Assembly: GCA_965240325.2 (NCBI GenBank)
Contig: OZ251253.1
Span: forward strand, 372,001 to 436,000
DNA from: Rebecca billardiae RCC1528
Taxonomy: Eukaryota; Protista; Haptophyta
DNA: 64,000 nucleotides
Reading direction: 5' to 3'
The notes beneath the pieces are model-generated. The model saw only the letters and a list, made by a program, of their open reading frames with translations, made no database searches and was not told where the DNA came from. The position numbers and the translations under genes are program-made. Below, piece after piece: positions 59,672 to 64,000 of the stretch; position 1 is the stretch's first letter; each line of letters opens with the position of its first letter.

Positions 59672-62600
59672 ATGTCGTCTGGTGGCGCACCGCGCTCGCC
59701 CGCGGGCGGCGGCGAGTACGCGCTGCGTGGCGCGGACACGGGCGGCGCGACGCGCACGCTGCCGCCACACCTCAAGTACGCCAAGCTCATCGAGGACGCG
59801 CCCGAGGAGGGCAAGGTGCGCGCCGCGCGCCACCGCGGCCGCGCGCGCGCGGCAGGCGGCCATGGCCGCCCAAACTGCCGGAGCGCGCGAGCGCGCCGCG
59901 CGCGCGGAGGGGTGGGGGTGGCGAGCGTCGCCCGCCCGCGCGGGAGCCGGCTCGACGGCGTGCCCCCGCGCGCGCGGCCGGGTCGAGCCGCGCGCCGCCG
60001 CCGCCGACCGCTGCTCACGCTGCCGTGCGCCGCCCGCGCCGCGCGCCGCGTTTTTTTTTTCTCGCGCGCGCACGTCCACCCGGCTGCCGCGCGCCGCGCC
60101 CACCGCCCGCGCGTGGCGCAGAAGACGCCGGGGCAGCTGGTCGCGGAGCTGCGCGGCGAGTTCCAGCTGCCGCTCGCGCTGCTCCGCCCCAAGATCACCG
60201 AGCTCCTCAACATCGGCGAGTTCACGCACCAGACCGCTTCGATCGTGCCGCTCGACGAGCCGATTTTTCAGCCGTCGCCGCCGGCGATTATGTTCGATTC
60301 GTTCGAGCCGCTCGCGGTGTACACGGTGCAGCTGCGGCTGCGGAACAACGACGCGGTGGCGCGGCGGGTGAAGGTGATCCCGCCCAACTCCTCCGTCTTC
60401 GCCGTCGCGCGCGAGCAGACCAAGGCCGCCAACACGAAGGTTGCCCCTGGTGCGCGCCGCGCCGCGCCGCGCCGCGGCCGCGCGCGCGCGAGGCGTCGCG
60501 CGCCGCCGAGCCAGCGCACGCCTCGGCGCGGCGGCGGCGTCGCGCGCGCTCACGCCGTGCGCGTGCCCCTCCTCCCCGCCCTCCCTCGCCACGCTCCCCA
60601 ACCCCGCCCAGGCATGGACGTCACCTTCACCGTCTCGTTCGCGCCGCGCGACCCTGTTGACTACGCGTGTGATCTAACCGTCGTGACGGAGCGAGAGAAA
60701 TTTGTGCTGCCGATGCGCGCGCGCGGCCCGCGCGCGCTGTTCGACTTCCCGGACGTGATCACGTTCGGCACGCACCCGGTGAAGGCGAGCGCGAGCGAGG
60801 CGGTGCTCGTGCGCAACTCGGGCGGCCGCGCCTCGCGCGTCACCCTCAGCGTGCCGCCGCCGTTTGCCGTGGCGCCGTCGCACGCGCTGCTGGGCGTCGA
60901 CGAAGCAATTCAGTTCGAGTTTTCGTACGCGCCGCAGCTCGTGGGGCCGGTGCGGCGCGAGGTGCGCATCGCGTACGAGACGGGCGAGGAGTGCTTCGCG
61001 CTGCTCGAGGGCGCGGCCACCGACATCGACGTCCGCCTCGAGACCTCCGCCGTGCACTGCGCGCCCACCTACATCACCCTCGCCTCCCAGCGCACGATGC
61101 GCGTGCTCAACCGCGCGCCCACGCCCGTCTCGTTCCGGTGGAAGCGGTACGGCGACGACGGCGCCGAGCGCGACGAGAAGCTGGAGCGGCTGCTGCACGT
61201 GGCGACGCTCGAGGACGCGGCGGGCGGCGGCGACGCGGGCTCCGCCGCGCTCGCCTCGGGCGCGCTCCCTCCGGAGCTCTTCGCGTCGGCCGAGCTCTCC
61301 CGAGAGGGCCTCCGGGAGTTGCGCCAGCAGATCGACGAGGACCCTCTGCTGTACGCGGACCCGGTGTTCTCGATCGAGCCGGCGGCGGGGGTGATCCAGC
61401 CGGGGATGCACGCGGAGGTGACCGTCTCCTTCGCCCCCGACGCCGCGGGCGACTGGCGCTCCGTCGCCTACCTCGACGTGACCGGCCGCGAGGCGCGACT
61501 TCCGCTCGAGCTCACGGGGACAGGCCTCGGCCCGCGCGCGGAGTTTCTTTTCGACTCTCTCGACGTGGGCGACGTGTTCGTCAACTCGATCCACCGGTAC
61601 GAGCTTGAGCTGGAGAACGTGGGCAACATCCCCACGCGCTTCTCCGTCGAGGACTCCGCCTCGCGCCTCGCCGACAAGTTCGCGTTCACGCCGCGCGAGG
61701 CTGAGCTCGCGGTCGGTGCGTCGGTTCTCATCGACGTCAAGTTCACCTCGGAGTTGATGGGCGAGTTCCACGAGAAGTTCAACTTCGTGCTGGCGGGGCA
61801 GCCGGAGCGGCTGCCCGTCGTGGTGAAGGGGCGCGTGATCGGGCCCACCTTCGCGCTCGAGCCCGCGGCGGGCATCCAGTTCGGTCCCGTGTCCTTTGGC
61901 CTGCCGGTCGCGCGGCAGCTCACCATGCACAACACGTCCGAGATTCCGATGCGCTACGCGCTGCGCGTGCCGGGCGACGGTGCGCGCGGCGCGCGCGCGC
62001 GCGCGCACTGGGCACGCGCCGCCCCCTCGCCCCCCGGCCCTCGGCTCCCGCGCCTCTCACCACGCGCCGCGCCGCGCCGCCCCCTCGCTTGGTGCGCGCC
62101 GCGCGCGCCGCGCCCCGGCCGCAGGCGAATTTCTGGACCGCGAATTCGACATTGTGCCCGCGGCCGGAGTCCTGCTGCCCAACTCGCAGGTGCCGATCCG
62201 GCTCGAGCTGTGCTCCCGGAGCGCGGACCGGCGGTACGACACCTCGCTCGTCGTCGACGTCGACGCCGTCGGCACCGACCTCCTCAGCCTCCCGCTCAGC
62301 GCGCAGTGCGTCGTCCCCAAGCTGAGCGCCTCGGGCGAGCGGCTGCAGTTTGGAGAGTGCTTCATACGGTACCCGTATACGCAGGCGTTCACGCTGCGCA
62401 ACGGCACGGCGCTGCAGGCCAACTTTGAGACCGTCGAGCTCGAGGCGGCGTCGAGCACGATCGCCCTCGTGCAGATCCGCCCGGACCGGGGGCTGCTCGG
62501 TACGCGCCGCCGTTGTGGAGCGCTCGGCGCCCCAACCCCGGAGGCGCGGCGGCGCGCGAGCGAGCTGCATGCCGCGCGCCGCGCGCCGCCGTGCCGCGGC

Positions 62601-63386
62601 GGCTGCGGACGGGGCGGCGGGCGTGGCCCTCACCGCGGTAGCGAGCACGCGCGCGCGCACGCCTCACCCGCCGCGCGCCCGCCCCGCCCCCTCCGCGCCC
62701 CTCCCCTCTGCCCCCCCGCTGCGCAGAGCCCGAGCAAGAGCTCACCGTCTCCGTCACGTTTACACCGCAGCGGCTCGGCCGGCTAGAGCTGCCGCTGCGC
62801 ATGCGCGTGGTGGGCACGGAGGGGCCGCCGGCGGTGTCGGTGCTGCTGGTGGCCGAGTCGGTGGGCCCGACGATCGAGCTCTCCACGCACTCGCTCGAGT
62901 TCGGCAAGACGCCCGTGCTGCAGGAGCGCTCGCAGCCGCTCGTCGTGACCAACACCTCGCTTATCCCGGCGCACCTCACGACCGCCGTGCGCAAACCCAA
63001 CTCGAACTTCAGGGTGGAGCCGACGACCGCGACGCTCGCGCCGGGCGCGGCCTTCACCTTCTCGGTCTCGGCGAACCTCGACGAGACGATCCGCTTCGCC
63101 GACGAGCTGTACGTCGGCGTCGCCGACTCGGACGAGCGCATGGTCAAGCTCTCCGCCTCCGGGACCGGCTCGACGATTTGGTGCGCGGACTCGCTCGAGC
63201 GCGTCGAGTTTGGGCCGTCGCTCACGGCCGCGGTGCTGATGCGCGAGCTCGTGCTGGAGAACAAGGGGCGGAAGCCGATGACGCTCACCTTCACCAACGT
63301 GACCGCGCGCGAGCTCGCCGAGCGCGCCAAGGCGTCGTCGCGCAAGCAGCGCCTCACCGGCGGCGGCGCGGGCGGCGGCGGCGCGG

Positions 63387-63429
<43 letters not shown>

Positions 63430-64000
63430 GGCGGACAAGGCCGCCGCCGCCGCCGCCGCGTCCGGGCTCACCACGACGGGCTTCGAGTGCTTCCGCGTCG
63501 TGCCGGAGCAGCTCACGATCGAGGCCAAGTCCGACGCGGTCATCTCCGTGCGCGGCCTCTCGACGACGCGCGTCGGCGCCATCGAGGAGGTGATGGCCTG
63601 CACGGCTAAGGGCCCGAGTGGCAAGGAGCGCTCGCTCTTCGACATCACCGTCGCCGCGACGTTCGCGCACCCGCTCGTGCGGCCCGAGCCCGCCGAGCTG
63701 CGCTTCGAGTACCTCTGGGCCGCGGACACGCCGCTCTCCTCCTCCACGCAGCCGCTGTCCCTCACTAACGTCTCCGAGCTGCCGCTCACGCTGTTGCTCA
63801 AGGCGCGGCCGCCGTTTGCGTGCGACCGCTCCGAGGTGCACCTGCCCGCGGGCGAGACGGCGACGGTGTCGGTGACGTGGGACCCGGGCTTCCGCGGCGA
63901 CCGGCAGTGCGAGCTCACCGACGCGAAGCTCGCCATCGCCTACCGCGAGCACCCGCAGCGGGACTCGGTCCGCCTCGTCGGCGACGCGCAGTTCCCGAAC
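59672..64000 (+). CDS. HYDIN: HYDIN axonemal central-pair protein, 5' part (continues beyond window)
   Basis: IFQPSP..F..FEP..Y..L.LRNND..RRVKV, KVAPG|M..F.P..DY..DL..TEREKF..P..RG.RA.FDFPD, YLDVTGREARLPL..G.GP and serial ASH/Ig-like domains. Introns 59816-60121, 60450-60611 and others. Confidence 0.93.

Overview
Eukaryotic, very GC-rich, intron-containing genomic DNA. Donors are mostly GTGCGC, acceptors mostly (C/G)CAG, and TTAGGG telomere-type repeats occur inside introns. Plastid-targeting-like N-termini plus a HYDIN gene suggest a flagellate alga, plausibly a haptophyte such as Pavlovales; this is inference only. Most long ORFs in the supplied track are antisense shadows or read through introns. 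Ordinary genes: a Tudor-knot/DUF3598-like fusion, a START+GOLD protein, a SnoaL-like plastid protein, OGFOD2, a tandem methyltransferase, RRP12, a Sec14/CRAL-TRIO protein, a PLAC8 protein, a SAM+multi-TM protein, a DAO-family oxidoreductase, importin-5, a WxHD-motif protein, a histidine phosphatase and the 5' part of HYDIN. Two accessory regions stand out. (1) At 10.1-24.6 kb, six tandem double-AP2 DNA-binding genes have shuffled, hypervariable recognition strands and a near-invariant coiled-coil tail. Two copies are disrupted, and a bacterial-type polysaccharide pyruvyltransferase interrupts the array. (2) At 51191-57916, a 6.7-kb element has 13-bp TIRs and a TGA target-site duplication. It has no recognisable transposase but carries a decayed PrimPol/NCLDV-herpes-type primase, flanked by inverted arrays of an iteron-like TTTACA motif (16 x ~199-bp units on the right).
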